Source: an uncultured bacterium (GTDB taxonomy: Bacteria > UBA8481). Taken from it: DNA of 64,000 bases. Where the stretch lies: positions 124,001 through 188,000 of the forward strand of contig CAZCME010000007.1 in NCBI GenBank assembly GCA_964499705.1, given 5' to 3'. The notes beneath the pieces are model-generated. The model saw only the letters and a list, made by a program, of their open reading frames with translations. It had not been told where the DNA came from and made no database searches. How positions within the stretch are numbered: position 1 is the stretch's first letter; every line of letters begins with the position of its first letter. Positions 30,401 through 37,429 of this stretch are shown here, in pieces. A program made the translations under genes and the position numbers.

Positions 30401-33400
30401 GCCAGGTTGTTCCACGGAGCGGCACCGCCGGTGTCGGTCTGGGCGGAGAGGATGACGGAGCTGACGCGGTTCGTGTGATTGCCGACGTTCGAATTATAGA
30501 CGCGGGTGACGAGCACCTTCGTCTCCTCACCCTTGGCGACAAGCCCGATGCCGGTCCGAGGCTGGGTCTCCGACAGGGCCACCGTCGCATTCGAGTCCTT
30601 CAACTGGACGATGCGGGAGGATCCCGCGGTGACACCGACTTCCGTGAATGTCGTCTCGCCCTGCTGCTGCAGGTCCATGCGGAACGTGTTCGAGGCATCG
30701 TCGAGCGGCGCGTCGGACGACGCCTTGGCGCGGCCCGTCATGCTGGCCGCCGAATCTCCGTATGAGATGTGCATCGTCTGGCCGAGGCCCAGCGTCACAT
30801 TCCGGATCGTCACGACCTGACCGGAGAATTGCGAGTCGGTGTACGCGCTCGATTCCGTGATCGTCACATAACCGTTGGTGGAAGGATTCGAATTCTGCGG
30901 CGCGCTCCAGTACGTCGGGATCGTCAACTTCAGCGTGTCTCCGGCCAGGGTCTGCCCCGCTGTGTACACGACGACGTAGCGCCCGAGCGTGTTCACGGTG
31001 GTCTCCGGCGCGGCGGACGAGCCGCCGCCGGTCGTGATGTAATTGGAGCCGACATCCTTGACGCGCTTCACGAGGCGGCGCGGCGAGAGTGTCGTGTAAT
31101 TGCCGAGATCGTCCGTCGCGATCACCTCGATATAATTGTCCGAGGGAGACGGGCTCTTGAGATTGATGACGCGTTCGAACGTGCCGTCTCCGACTGATCC
31201 CGAGGTCGACTTCGAATCGATCTGCGTTCCGCCGGTAAGGGCCGTCCAGTTGATGACCTGGATCGTGGCGTCAAGTCCCGTGGCTTCATCGGTCACCTGA
31301 CCCGTCACCGTATAGGTCGGGTCGGAGACGGTGTCTCCCCCGCTCGCGGGATCGGCGACGGAAAACGCCGGCGCCGTCTTGTCGATGACGAACGGAGCGA
31401 AATTGTCGCTGCCGTCGAAATCCGTCTGGTCGGGATTCGGATCGAGAAACCGGACCGTTCCGCTCGAATCGTACGCGTCCTCGACCTTCACGATCGCGTT
31501 ACCGTCGCTCATGCCCGACGTGATCGACACCGTGCCGATCCACGTCGTCCCGTTGTACGACGACTTGGTGACGTTCGTGAAGGATCCACCGGACGGCTTG
31601 ATCTGGACGACCATCGTGTCGGGTGCCGCGGTCGTCACCATCTGATGGTTGAAGTTGACCTGGACCGTGCAGATACCAAGACCCACATAGTCCACTCCGG
31701 CGATGGACGCGTCCGTTTCCCCCGTCACCGTCGCCGAGATCACCTCCGCCGTGTCCTGCGAGAGCGCAATGACGATCGTTGCCGTCTTCACGTCGTTCCA
31801 GGCGATCAACAGCTGCTTCAGGCGGCTGTTCACCGAATCGTTCACCCAGATTTTCTGTTCATATCGCTCCGTGACAGGATTGAGCGTGAAGACACCGGCG
31901 TTATCCGTCCAGACCATCTGCCTGGGCGCGTCCAACTGCGACGCCCCGTTTCCTTGCGTGAAATCATATTGAAGAAGCCCGTTCGTCCCGAGCGCCGTCT
32001 CCGTATCGGCCGCGTTGTGGCGGAGAAAACTGTATGTGGCGCTGCCATCGTCGATCATCGTGTAGATTTCGCCCGCGTTGTCGACGAGCACAGGCTGGGT
32101 GACGTTCAGGGCCGTGGCCGGAGCGGGATTGCCGGGTCGCACTTCGCTGTCCAGCTCCAGCCCGAAATCATTCCGGTAGATCCGGAATCGATCCTGGTCC
32201 GTGTAGATGTAGACCGCTTCCGGATAGAAGTGGCGCTGCGACGAGTCGTAGAACGGGCCGAGAGTCAATCCCAGGACATCGCGGCCCAGCACCACGGGCG
32301 CGGATGCGCCTCCCATCCACGTGGCGGTCTTGTCGGACGTCGCGATCCGGAAAAGCCGCGCGTCGTTCTCACGGGAGGAAGCGTAGATATATCCATTGGA
32401 ATACACGGCCGACGTGATCTCGCCGCTCCAGGCGGCACCGGGCACATTCGCATCGAGATCGTACCAGACGGTGCCATCAGGCGCGCCGTTGGCGGAGAAT
32501 CGCTTGATGCACGCGGCCCCCACGAAGCCGGAAACCTGGTCGAATACATAGATATTCCCGTCGCCGTCCACGGCGATCGCGCCCGGCGTGTTGAACCCCA
32601 TCGTGTCGGTCAGGTTCGCTCCGGATCCGTCGGTACCGGAAATGTATTTTCCGTTCGCCGCTCCGGCCAGCGATTGAAAGACGCCGTCCTTTGAGAATTT
32701 CTTGACCGTGTTCGATCCCCGGTTGACGACAAAGACCGCGGAATCGGCGGCGACGGCTATCCCGACCGGAGTGTTCAGGTTGTAATCGTCATCCTCGATC
32801 GCGCGGACAAAAGTCGCGTTCGTGCCGGCCGCATTCTCCTTGTAGATGCTAATCGTATTCGCCGTCTGCGCTCCTATGATCACGAACGTCTCGTTCGTCG
32901 AAGCCTTCTGCCAAACCGCGATTCCGCTCGCGCCGTCCAGTTCCACGTCCGTGATGCTGTACACGAGATTTCCGGCCGCGGTGTATTTGGAGAAGGAATC
33001 GCGCAGGTTGTCGGCAAAATAGATGGAACTGTCCGAGGCCTGCCAGATCGATCTCCCCTCGTTACCACCGCTACCCGGTATGGTGAAGAGACTGGCGGGA
33101 ACGGTCGCGTTCATCGCAACTTTCACCGCTGTGTCTATCTGGCCGCTCTGATAATCCATGACGATGAATCGATGGGTGCCGGCCGCCGCATCGTAGTAAT
33201 CCGTATTCCGATCTTTTGTGAACGTGTCCTGTGTCGCCGTCGCTCCGTTGTCCCGAAACCGGATGACGCCCTCGTACGTCCCGCCGGGGCCCATGCCCGT
33301 GACCACGCCACGGGCTGCCGCGACGCTGACGGAGTCGATGGAGTCGATCGTCAATCCAAGCCAATCGTCATCGCCAATGGTCGTTGTCCCCTGCCCCGCC

Positions 33401-34197
33401 CAGTACAGGTTCACCCAGGTTTCCGCCGTGGTCGAATATTTCGCGATCGTGACTCCGGCGACCGTTTCGCCCGTGACATAGACGGAATCCTTCGAGTCCA
33501 TCACGATGCCGTAATTGGCGTCGGTATTATTCGTTCCCTGGATGGCCGTGGGAAGATCCACGAGGCGGAGAAAGGTCGGAGCCGAGGTATTGGGATCTCC
33601 GAGCGAAACCTGGCAGAAGGAGATCCGATTTCCGGTGTTCGTCCATGAAAGGATGCCGCCGGAAGTGACATGGAGGTCTCCGGGCCTGTCGATCACAATG
33701 CCGCTTCCCTCGATCGTCGCGGCCACGGTCGGATCACGCATCGACATGTAGGCCCGAAGCGTATAGGAACCGTACACTTGGGTGTCGTTGATCGTCGAAT
33801 CGCCCTGGCCATTCCATCGGAGCCGCCCCGTCGGGCTTGCGTTCACCTCGGCGGACGTGCGGCGACGGATCAACGTTCCCGAAGGATTGTAGTATTCGAT
33901 CCGATATCCGCCCTGGTTGTCGGCAGCTTCCGCGCCCGGAGCGGCGCCTGAAACGACGAGCTCGACATAGACTCCTGAATCCGTTCCGGCCGTGAAGAGC
34001 TGGTTGTCGAACGTGTTATCCGGGGATGTGGTGATGGAGGTAATGGTGCGATCATCGGGGGAAGAATGAGCGGGCAAAATCGATGCGCGATTGAGAAGGA
34101 AGAGCACGAGTCCGAATACCACAAGCGAAAAACAGGTCCGGGCGAAATTCGATCGTGAGGTTTGGCTCTTATCTTCCGTGATTTGACCGAGGGACAT
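21481..34197 (-). CDS. Giant (4238 aa) modular secreted/surface protein: NHL-like beta-propellers, long Ig-like stalk, TolB/PD40-like propeller and T9SS type A-like (FlgD-Ig) C-terminal domain
   Basis: Signal peptide; NHL-like repeats (LNTPVGIAVAADSAVFVV, FNTPGAIAVDGDGNIYVFD); repeated DAYGN/DTWGN/DKYGN modules; PQWSPDGTRIAF and PRWTRDG; C-terminal VIAYPNPW...VKIFTLAGELV...WNLKNQSGRDVASGVYLIVL...RKVAVMR. Confidence 0.9.
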   Translation of the reverse strand: MSLGQITEDKSQTSRSNFARTCFSLVVFGLVLFLLNRASILPAHSSPDDRTITSITTSPDNTFDNQLFTAGTDSGVYVELVVSGAAPGAEAADNQGGYRIEYYNPSGTLIRRRTSAEVNASPTGRLRWNGQGDSTINDTQVYGSYTLRAYMSMRDPTVAATIEGSGIVIDRPGDLHVTSGGILSWTNTGNRISFCQVSLGDPNTSAPTFLRLVDLPTAIQGTNNTDANYGIVMDSKDSVYVTGETVAGVTIAKYSTTAETWVNLYWAGQGTTTIGDDDWLGLTIDSIDSVSVAAARGVVTGMGPGGTYEGVIRFRDNGATATQDTFTKDRNTDYYDAAAGTHRFIVMDYQSGQIDTAVKVAMNATVPASLFTIPGSGGNEGRSIWQASDSSIYFADNLRDSFSKYTAAGNLVYSITDVELDGASGIAVWQKASTNETFVIIGAQTANTISIYKENAAGTNATFVRAIEDDDYNLNTPVGIAVAADSAVFVVNRGSNTVKKFSKDGVFQSLAGAANGKYISGTDGSGANLTDTMGFNTPGAIAVDGDGNIYVFDQVSGFVGAACIKRFSANGAPDGTVWYDLDANVPGAAWSGEITSAVYSNGYIYASSRENDARLFRIATSDKTATWMGGASAPVVLGRDVLGLTLGPFYDSSQRHFYPEAVYIYTDQDRFRIYRNDFGLELDSEVRPGNPAPATALNVTQPVLVDNAGEIYTMIDDGSATYSFLRHNAADTETALGTNGLLQYDFTQGNGASQLDAPRQMVWTDNAGVFTLNPVTERYEQKIWVNDSVNSRLKQLLIAWNDVKTATIVIALSQDTAEVISATVTGETDASIAGVDYVGLGICTVQVNFNHQMVTTAAPDTMVVQIKPSGGSFTNVTKSSYNGTTWIGTVSITSGMSDGNAIVKVEDAYDSSGTVRFLDPNPDQTDFDGSDNFAPFVIDKTAPAFSVADPASGGDTVSDPTYTVTGQVTDEATGLDATIQVINWTALTGGTQIDSKSTSGSVGDGTFERVINLKSPSPSDNYIEVIATDDLGNYTTLSPRRLVKRVKDVGSNYITTGGGSSAAPETTVNTLGRYVVVYTAGQTLAGDTLKLTIPTYWSAPQNSNPSTNGYVTITESSAYTDSQFSGQVVTIRNVTLGLGQTMHISYGDSAASMTGRAKASSDAPLDDASNTFRMDLQQQGETTFTEVGVTAGSSRIVQLKDSNATVALSETQPRTGIGLVAKGEETKVLVTRVYNSNVGNHTNRVSSVILSAQTDTGGAAPWNNLASRVVVKNTDEGVTFADVSTMPSNSNITLTLSNFTVSQGSSRDMEIWVTFSTTTTIDTAQFYFSGVSAITMSDSSSGKSLTVLSQETGVTSALKTGEFDIIGLLPADTLSVSADTSITPSDAATGQVDVNMLDILLKNEPLDTANPVNSIRVDQIVLTIRDTSGAALVPASVLKGIHIRDASAGTQYGGVDTPSLPTTGDTVTISLSGLYVGSDATVTARVWVDIANDTLALAANNFRIRLSDTNAITAKDKILNTSLDTIRDDPATSAQIPFQTSPLPVQKKARAGIASITFLKTDSSATTTILAGDQFFVAVRCTNAPGGSSLRVVPSDTDLKLAIGGSNITSEFTIVAPSGRTIAAGAEDTITYSCVQNLGSSTGIVTVQMSDTATDTRARFFDNHQYTGASQLRATFTLPSRTKQLTINASPFDISAYTLDTTYANSGETAVPILHFSVKNNQGSNRTIDSVVVEAISADSAIKQVRLYHDNRNSIFQRSDSATPIAGLDTLVATGTLAVSDSAVTLILSPVVTIGTTSTESFYVAFDFDNTVTDGDTFDARVPALGIHASQEAFAPAAALTSGGTGRLEVVATRVTATPDTKITSASQTENVVLKAVDAYGNIDNVVNYETSTQGHNIQVQVTVSDAIPATDTNFSITATSGMSNVTPTPATTGISAINGNLASGQGQVSIRDTSAETVAITISSTLLDSSAAIQYAQLITVSAVNLSNADSAAPDSRAFNVAKFRVVNQSGMNDQVVTVGVRSLNTNDSHVSAVILFRDDNGNAEIDSGTDATIGTTLFTSGFATFDFLTADVLDQDSELFMIGYNVSTEISDAATLDARIDSVVINSSSANIANQLNSTPDRRVDVKVLKLAHTPSSGTTGTGASLTVTAKAVDAYGNTDIHYNGQTGITWDLTGSATFTSSTLASEDIDPPPDPPYDYTQIKGKLVSGQADLTFTDNTAETPVISVTASPGVPGTNDTGSYVFEQGYLATALNADQKIVDPGDVNVVLLAFKVSATGVSDSISSITINWQSADSGNVRNVRIYRDLDANDTFSAVSDTPYGTARSFIGDVDTFVAVYTNDTPYIANGTNKSFFVVADIADTAVGTDTLDVQLPAGSITTSANIQNVPTGIRNSSGYCTVARVPDTFRVGLVTTTNRSASEDQTEIIPMTLRFSSPSAADRKFYVESFAIMVEGLSGGKVPNTVIQRARLRNQSSGTVYQDKTSIESSGDSMVFSIPYNAANPMQVGGTSPETITVDVVLTIASSVTNNDTFRLRVNAVDTPWAKVFDHPLATLGFSKQKNNILMLNGASLPLTGSIVTVQKQAQVTQTAIRITDLSDVDIDTTSLGIGEQFKVHVGLAASSGRAGAMVQSSDTDLTFKRGDASIDISSEFVMVSRSHTTLTDISAGSSDTIEYTLVQGNPNFSGGGESLVINNYLASDTGPYLIDKNSQSDATKLRIYAVENSLSKDTVQLDTAFVTVLAVSLSNNDIAPDSRGVRVMSLRLTDVAGADKITGITVHLLNASAASMIKSCWISLDTNRNGLFDTGVDSTFGQIRDFKSSDTVYFTGMYWQMKGSGDTLEANLILNMETGPITDSTFLQVEATVNGIGIEGKDSIPKTVLVSDGYFKTRVVATKIVVTPKTQSLSTGASAVWTIRSEDTWGNLNVVTTNFSQVTVNSRIYDTWSPTSDKSARWTATTYNNQAPASLPSGAYYDSYVSGKLVSGQATATMTDSQAETVAIAFTTSSIPGETVVVGFSNTPSVTVVALSALMKVSPDSTDAQILVLDVSFPGTGSTVDSIYLRSENTADTAMKRLRLWVDSDASGSFSSTSDSNVDTAAWSSGACSFLVNRNYFKAASVSTIRFFVTAHMETGPQVDNDSIGARIDTAGIRLSPGGNFPPTGELDSLSSDTQNAVIDIDAIQTGGSVRFIDPGTQSNGAAFTMTIRAEDKYGNLDRVFTTLGSSAGRNVTFSASPAGFTFNSTSMTSVSGWPGATPVARFKNGSDTVNITPNQTGTITATADVATSPPSDTTIDIVVTSIVSGGIVADSYALTSDTFASGATNVILASFYVQNGKASNDSVQTITLKNHGSHPDTGITNIRIMIDGNANGAFDGIGVDTPFGASGGAYAAGSLARTDSALVTSGNTTRFLVLANLSATLAVDSQTLRARIDSSGMAMFSGDIICTRALISNGVTRTGVIFDPSVPGALDSVAITGGTGIADNSDTGAVSVSVRDTNGVPAAGRVVWLTGDTGAPVTVVTSNPLTTGQDGVVNFSIRTGTANTYNYQATVNGVTASPTAQVIMIAPSASGGGNLGGNPTSNTQQTVVTGTTKTFIGNVAFGGSGNPNTMVYIKADGTNWQLVKQDVGGAPTALLSKNAAAGSESGQVSFAASTAIRNTATTMGTMEHALVGVIHRANGRRPQIYAVNLATGDSVRITPNDPFDPNNGPMPDNAFRWFDMNPAGDKVVSSLDGNLLTFDRSGATWNNTNDSATFKYLTAFANGWGMTGAAGNTEVYAAYPQWSPDGTRIAFTAVYVSDALPSGPAVDRADIYVLHDFDTVTLGTYPNNPFIATLQNISDTNFFTKVTSNQQFAYFPRWTRDGSGLVYSVATGPSWDWQNIFTGYPEDNGMYDVSGFVTRFIYYDKNTETAPYSAIDVSTDTAASGGSLDVVMQQSGSQRFAYVKKSMAGANRVYELRTVDLSSEATVTSQGGVLFDSGRIIVVVPSSESYGAGFKIGGTVPESTPPSSDSIIITGAGKEFFAPGQETAGFYFADTITIIIYYSAEDFTDTEKQGYDSDGDGIPDRTEAALSVYYYNGTQWDDYKAVRYPAENKLEFRTRHFSHYAAGIPMEARALAFSGSVANVIAYPNPWRSDGPTASLAPTDERYGIKLTRMPGPDVRVKIFTLAGELVVDATVNALNGTSTNSQLRVTAAILNDGDNLGTVSWNLKNQSGRDVASGVYLIVLEGPGGRSVRKVAVMR

Positions 34198-34204
34198 TGT
34201 CGAA

Positions 34205-34213
34205 ATTATATCA
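34205..34213 (-). promoter_or_regulatory. Extended -10 (TGA-TATAAT) 7 nt upstream of the giant gene's ATG
   Basis: Minus strand reads TGATATAATttcgacaATG, with no SD sequence. Confidence 0.7.
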
Positions 34214-34284
34214 TTCGCGAGGAAGTCATCACCATGTTTTTAGGTGTACGAATTTTTACACGCCGCCCTTACGATGCGTGGAAA

Positions 34285-36159
34285 TCAAAGGAGATAGTAA
34301 GCATCTGTCACCCATCGGCCGGCCGCGCAGGACAGGAGGACGTCGCGAAGCCACCGGAGCACCGTCATGAGCCAGCCGGGGAAATCATGACGCGCCAGAA
34401 CGCACGCCGATCCCGATGTCGAGCTGACCGTCGCGGTCGAGGAAGACGCCGCTCCCAGACCGCCCGGAAGATCGCGCGTGATGCCGGCGACGATCACCTT
34501 GATCCCGCCGCCGGAACCGCTCGCGACCGTAACCGTTACGGTCGAGTCTTCCTTCCACGCGGAGCCGTACGTATCCGCGTAAAAGAACGCGAACATCTTC
34601 GAGCCCGCGGCGATATCGAAGCCGAGGTTGAAGAAGCGGGTCGCGGTCGCGGCGGAGAGCTGATACTCGATCGTGTATGCGAACGAATCTCCCACGGATG
34701 ACGTCGAAGCCGTGTCGCCGATCATGACGCCGTTCGATCTCAGGAATTCGGTCGAGATGACGGTCGCGCCGAACGCCGTCCGGCCCGCCTCCGAATTCGG
34801 AATGCCCCGGGGAAGAGATCCGGACATGGTCGTAGTGTCTCCGCGGAGCCCCAGCAGGATCGCGCCGGCCGGCTCCCTGGTCCAGATATATATGATCGCG
34901 GTATCTCCCGCCTGCGACAATCGGGTGGTTACCGTGTAGTCGGCCGTCGTTCCCGTGGAATCGGCCACCGCCGAAAGTGGCGCGGGCGTCGTCACGTTCT
35001 CGTTCAGCATGACCGCGACGAACGACTCCGCCGTGCCAATCGGCGTGACGCTCGTGATCTTCGAATCCACAGGATCGATGACGGAGGAATACAGGGGCGA
35101 CGTCACGAGCGTCACCGAGAACGGCATGTAGTAGTAGGCCGAATCGTCGCCTGCGCGGGCCACCGCATAGAGAAAAACATCGGTGTCCGATAGCGTTCCT
35201 CCCACGAGAGCCGTTCCCGACTCGACAAGGCCCCTGGCCAGCAGGTTGCCGTTGAATCCGATGTCATCCGAATCGGCGTAGAGATCCACCACGCGAGGGC
35301 GGGATTCCGTCGCGAAGGCGTGGTAGGTCACCGGAACGGGCTTCGGTACGGTCAGGGCGGAGGATGGCGAATCGATCCGCACGGAAAGCGCCACGGGAAA
35401 TTCGCCCGCGGTCCGGATGCGCGACGAGAGCCGGAACCGGTCGATGCGCCCCCGCGCGGCATGCCCCAGGGCTGAACCCACCATGCCCGTCGCTCCCAAT
35501 AGAAACGTGTCCGCCTCCACGAAGGAGTCCGCGGTTACCGATGCCGCGAGCGTATCGTTGACATAGAGCTTCAACGCGCCGTCGCCCCAGGTCGCGGCGA
35601 TATGATACCACTGCCCTCGATTCAGAAAATCCGTCGTCACCGCTTCGAAATACGTCGTCCCGAACGAGGAGCGCGACAACGCCCAGTTGACATAGCCTTC
35701 GTCCGTCACCGAGAGCTGAGGCAGACGCGTAACCGCCGGCGGATTAGGTCGCTCCCCGATCGTCAACAGCATCCCGTGCGTCTTCGTCGAGGAATAGATA
35801 TACGTCTCCGGTCGGAAATAAAATTCAATCGTCCCCGACTCCTGGAATCCATCGGCATTCTGCACCCACCAGGAATCGGAGTATCGCGCGAAGGCCGCCG
35901 TGTCCTTCAAGGCAAGCGCCTGTCCCTGGATATAACCCGACTCGAATCCGGCGCTCGACGCGATCGTCTCGGCGCGCGTCGTCCCCTCGAAATCGTCGAA
36001 GAGCCTCGTCGCGATATCGGATCCGTACAGCGGGTTGGCGTTGCCGTCCGCCCCGACCGAGCCCCATAGGAGGGAAAGCAGGATGGAGGCTGTAACAAGG
36101 ACGAGCGCGGACAGACCGCGTCCATCCAGGACACGCCGGGCTGAAGCGAATTTCCTCAC
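34285..36159 (-). CDS. Secreted LamG-like jellyroll protein with a degenerate CFI-box-CTERM tail
   Basis: Signal peptide; GTIEFYFRP, GQWYHIAATWG..LKLYVND and GRIDRFRLS; C-terminal Ser-rich linker then CVLARH...LRWLRDVLL...GRWVTDAYY. GTG 36159 chosen because TATACT lies 8 nt upstream. Confidence 0.7.
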   Translation of the reverse strand: MRKFASARRVLDGRGLSALVLVTASILLSLLWGSVGADGNANPLYGSDIATRLFDDFEGTTRAETIASSAGFESGYIQGQALALKDTAAFARYSDSWWVQNADGFQESGTIEFYFRPETYIYSSTKTHGMLLTIGERPNPPAVTRLPQLSVTDEGYVNWALSRSSFGTTYFEAVTTDFLNRGQWYHIAATWGDGALKLYVNDTLAASVTADSFVEADTFLLGATGMVGSALGHAARGRIDRFRLSSRIRTAGEFPVALSVRIDSPSSALTVPKPVPVTYHAFATESRPRVVDLYADSDDIGFNGNLLARGLVESGTALVGGTLSDTDVFLYAVARAGDDSAYYYMPFSVTLVTSPLYSSVIDPVDSKITSVTPIGTAESFVAVMLNENVTTPAPLSAVADSTGTTADYTVTTRLSQAGDTAIIYIWTREPAGAILLGLRGDTTTMSGSLPRGIPNSEAGRTAFGATVISTEFLRSNGVMIGDTASTSSVGDSFAYTIEYQLSAATATRFFNLGFDIAAGSKMFAFFYADTYGSAWKEDSTVTVTVASGSGGGIKVIVAGITRDLPGGLGAASSSTATVSSTSGSACVLARHDFPGWLMTVLRWLRDVLLSCAAGRWVTDAYYLL

Positions 36160-36205
36160 TGATAAGGAGTATAGGTAGACGGGACGCAAAAGGCAAAACA
36201 TCCCG

Positions 36206-37351
36206 TCATTTCCGTGCGTCCCTCGAAGCGAAATATTCGGCCACCGTTCGCCCGATCAATTCGGATCCGGCATCCGTGAAGTGAATTCCGTCATAGAAGT
36301 ATTCCTGCCGCCGCGGAATGCGGGCGGCCAGGTCGAAGAATTCCACGCCTTCTTCGCGAGCCACGCGCTCCGTCACACGGTTGAAATACATCATGAGCGC
36401 TTCGAGATCGCGAATCCTGAAGACACGCTGCGGATCGGCGAGCCACCGGATCGCCCCGTCGGCCTCGATATCGAGAAGCGCTCCGTCGTAATCACAGGCT
36501 CCGTGACCGTACAGCACCGGTTGGGACACAAGGACCATCCGCACAGGCATCGCTCGCCCGGCGCGGATAATCTCCCGGAGATTGGCCGCGTAGGGGTGCG
36601 CGATCGTATCGGGCAGTCCAAGTATGCGGAGCAGATCGGAGTCGGGTGTCGCCGTATCGACCGGAGCCCCCTGCTGTACGGTCGCCGTCTCGAATTTGAT
36701 CTGCCTGTGCGCATAGGCTCCGGGAACAACGCGCCGGCTTCTCAGGCGATCTTCGAGCCAGAGAAATTGCAGGAGTCGGGAATTCCAGAAGAGTTTCGAC
36801 TTCCCGGACTTGCGGGGATCGAGGACCAGCCACTCGTCGGCGGGACCCGCGGTTTCGCGCCCCGCAAGGCACAACGATGCGTCGTTCAGTCCCACCATGA
36901 GCAGCGCGCAGTCCGGCTTGATCGTTCCGATGACCCGCTCCATGACGACCCTGTGCCCCCAGCTCGTCTGGCCGTCGACTCCCGCGTTCGCGACCCAGAC
37001 GGGACGGTCGAAGAGATCGCTGCTTTTCAGCTCGCGCTCCATCACGGCCGGCCACGTCCGTTCATCATCGTTCAAGGCGCACATGGTCGTGCTCCCGCCT
37101 ACCGTGATAATTGAATAGGCGTTGCGGAACGGCAGCGGCGGATCCGTTCCGCGAAGACCCCACGCATTCGTCGTGTAGAAAGCAGGGCTGGCCAAGCCGC
37201 GGATCGTCGGATGCCTCTCGATCCGGAAGTAGGGATACAGCGCCAGGCGCGGATCGAAGATGGGAGAGCGCGGAGAGATCCACGCCAGGATCAGTTCTAC
37301 GATCAGAAGAGAGACGACGATCGCGAAAAGAACCAGAAAAATTCTCTTCAT
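36206..37351 (-). CDS. Membrane-anchored SGNH/GDSL-family hydrolase or acetyltransferase
   Basis: N-terminal TM with LLIVEL, TNAWGLRG, GGSTT, NAGVDG, GLND and DGIHFTDAG. Confidence 0.85.
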   Translation of the reverse strand: MKRIFLVLFAIVVSLLIVELILAWISPRSPIFDPRLALYPYFRIERHPTIRGLASPAFYTTNAWGLRGTDPPLPFRNAYSIITVGGSTTMCALNDDERTWPAVMERELKSSDLFDRPVWVANAGVDGQTSWGHRVVMERVIGTIKPDCALLMVGLNDASLCLAGRETAGPADEWLVLDPRKSGKSKLFWNSRLLQFLWLEDRLRSRRVVPGAYAHRQIKFETATVQQGAPVDTATPDSDLLRILGLPDTIAHPYAANLREIIRAGRAMPVRMVLVSQPVLYGHGACDYDGALLDIEADGAIRWLADPQRVFRIRDLEALMMYFNRVTERVAREEGVEFFDLAARIPRRQEYFYDGIHFTDAGSELIGRTVAEYFASRDARK

Positions 37352-37429
37352 GAAAAGTCCCGGTAGAAATCCTGGACGCGCCGCCTTGCTTAGCTCCTTC
37401 GCCGCCGAAGTCACGCCCTTACTCCGCGA

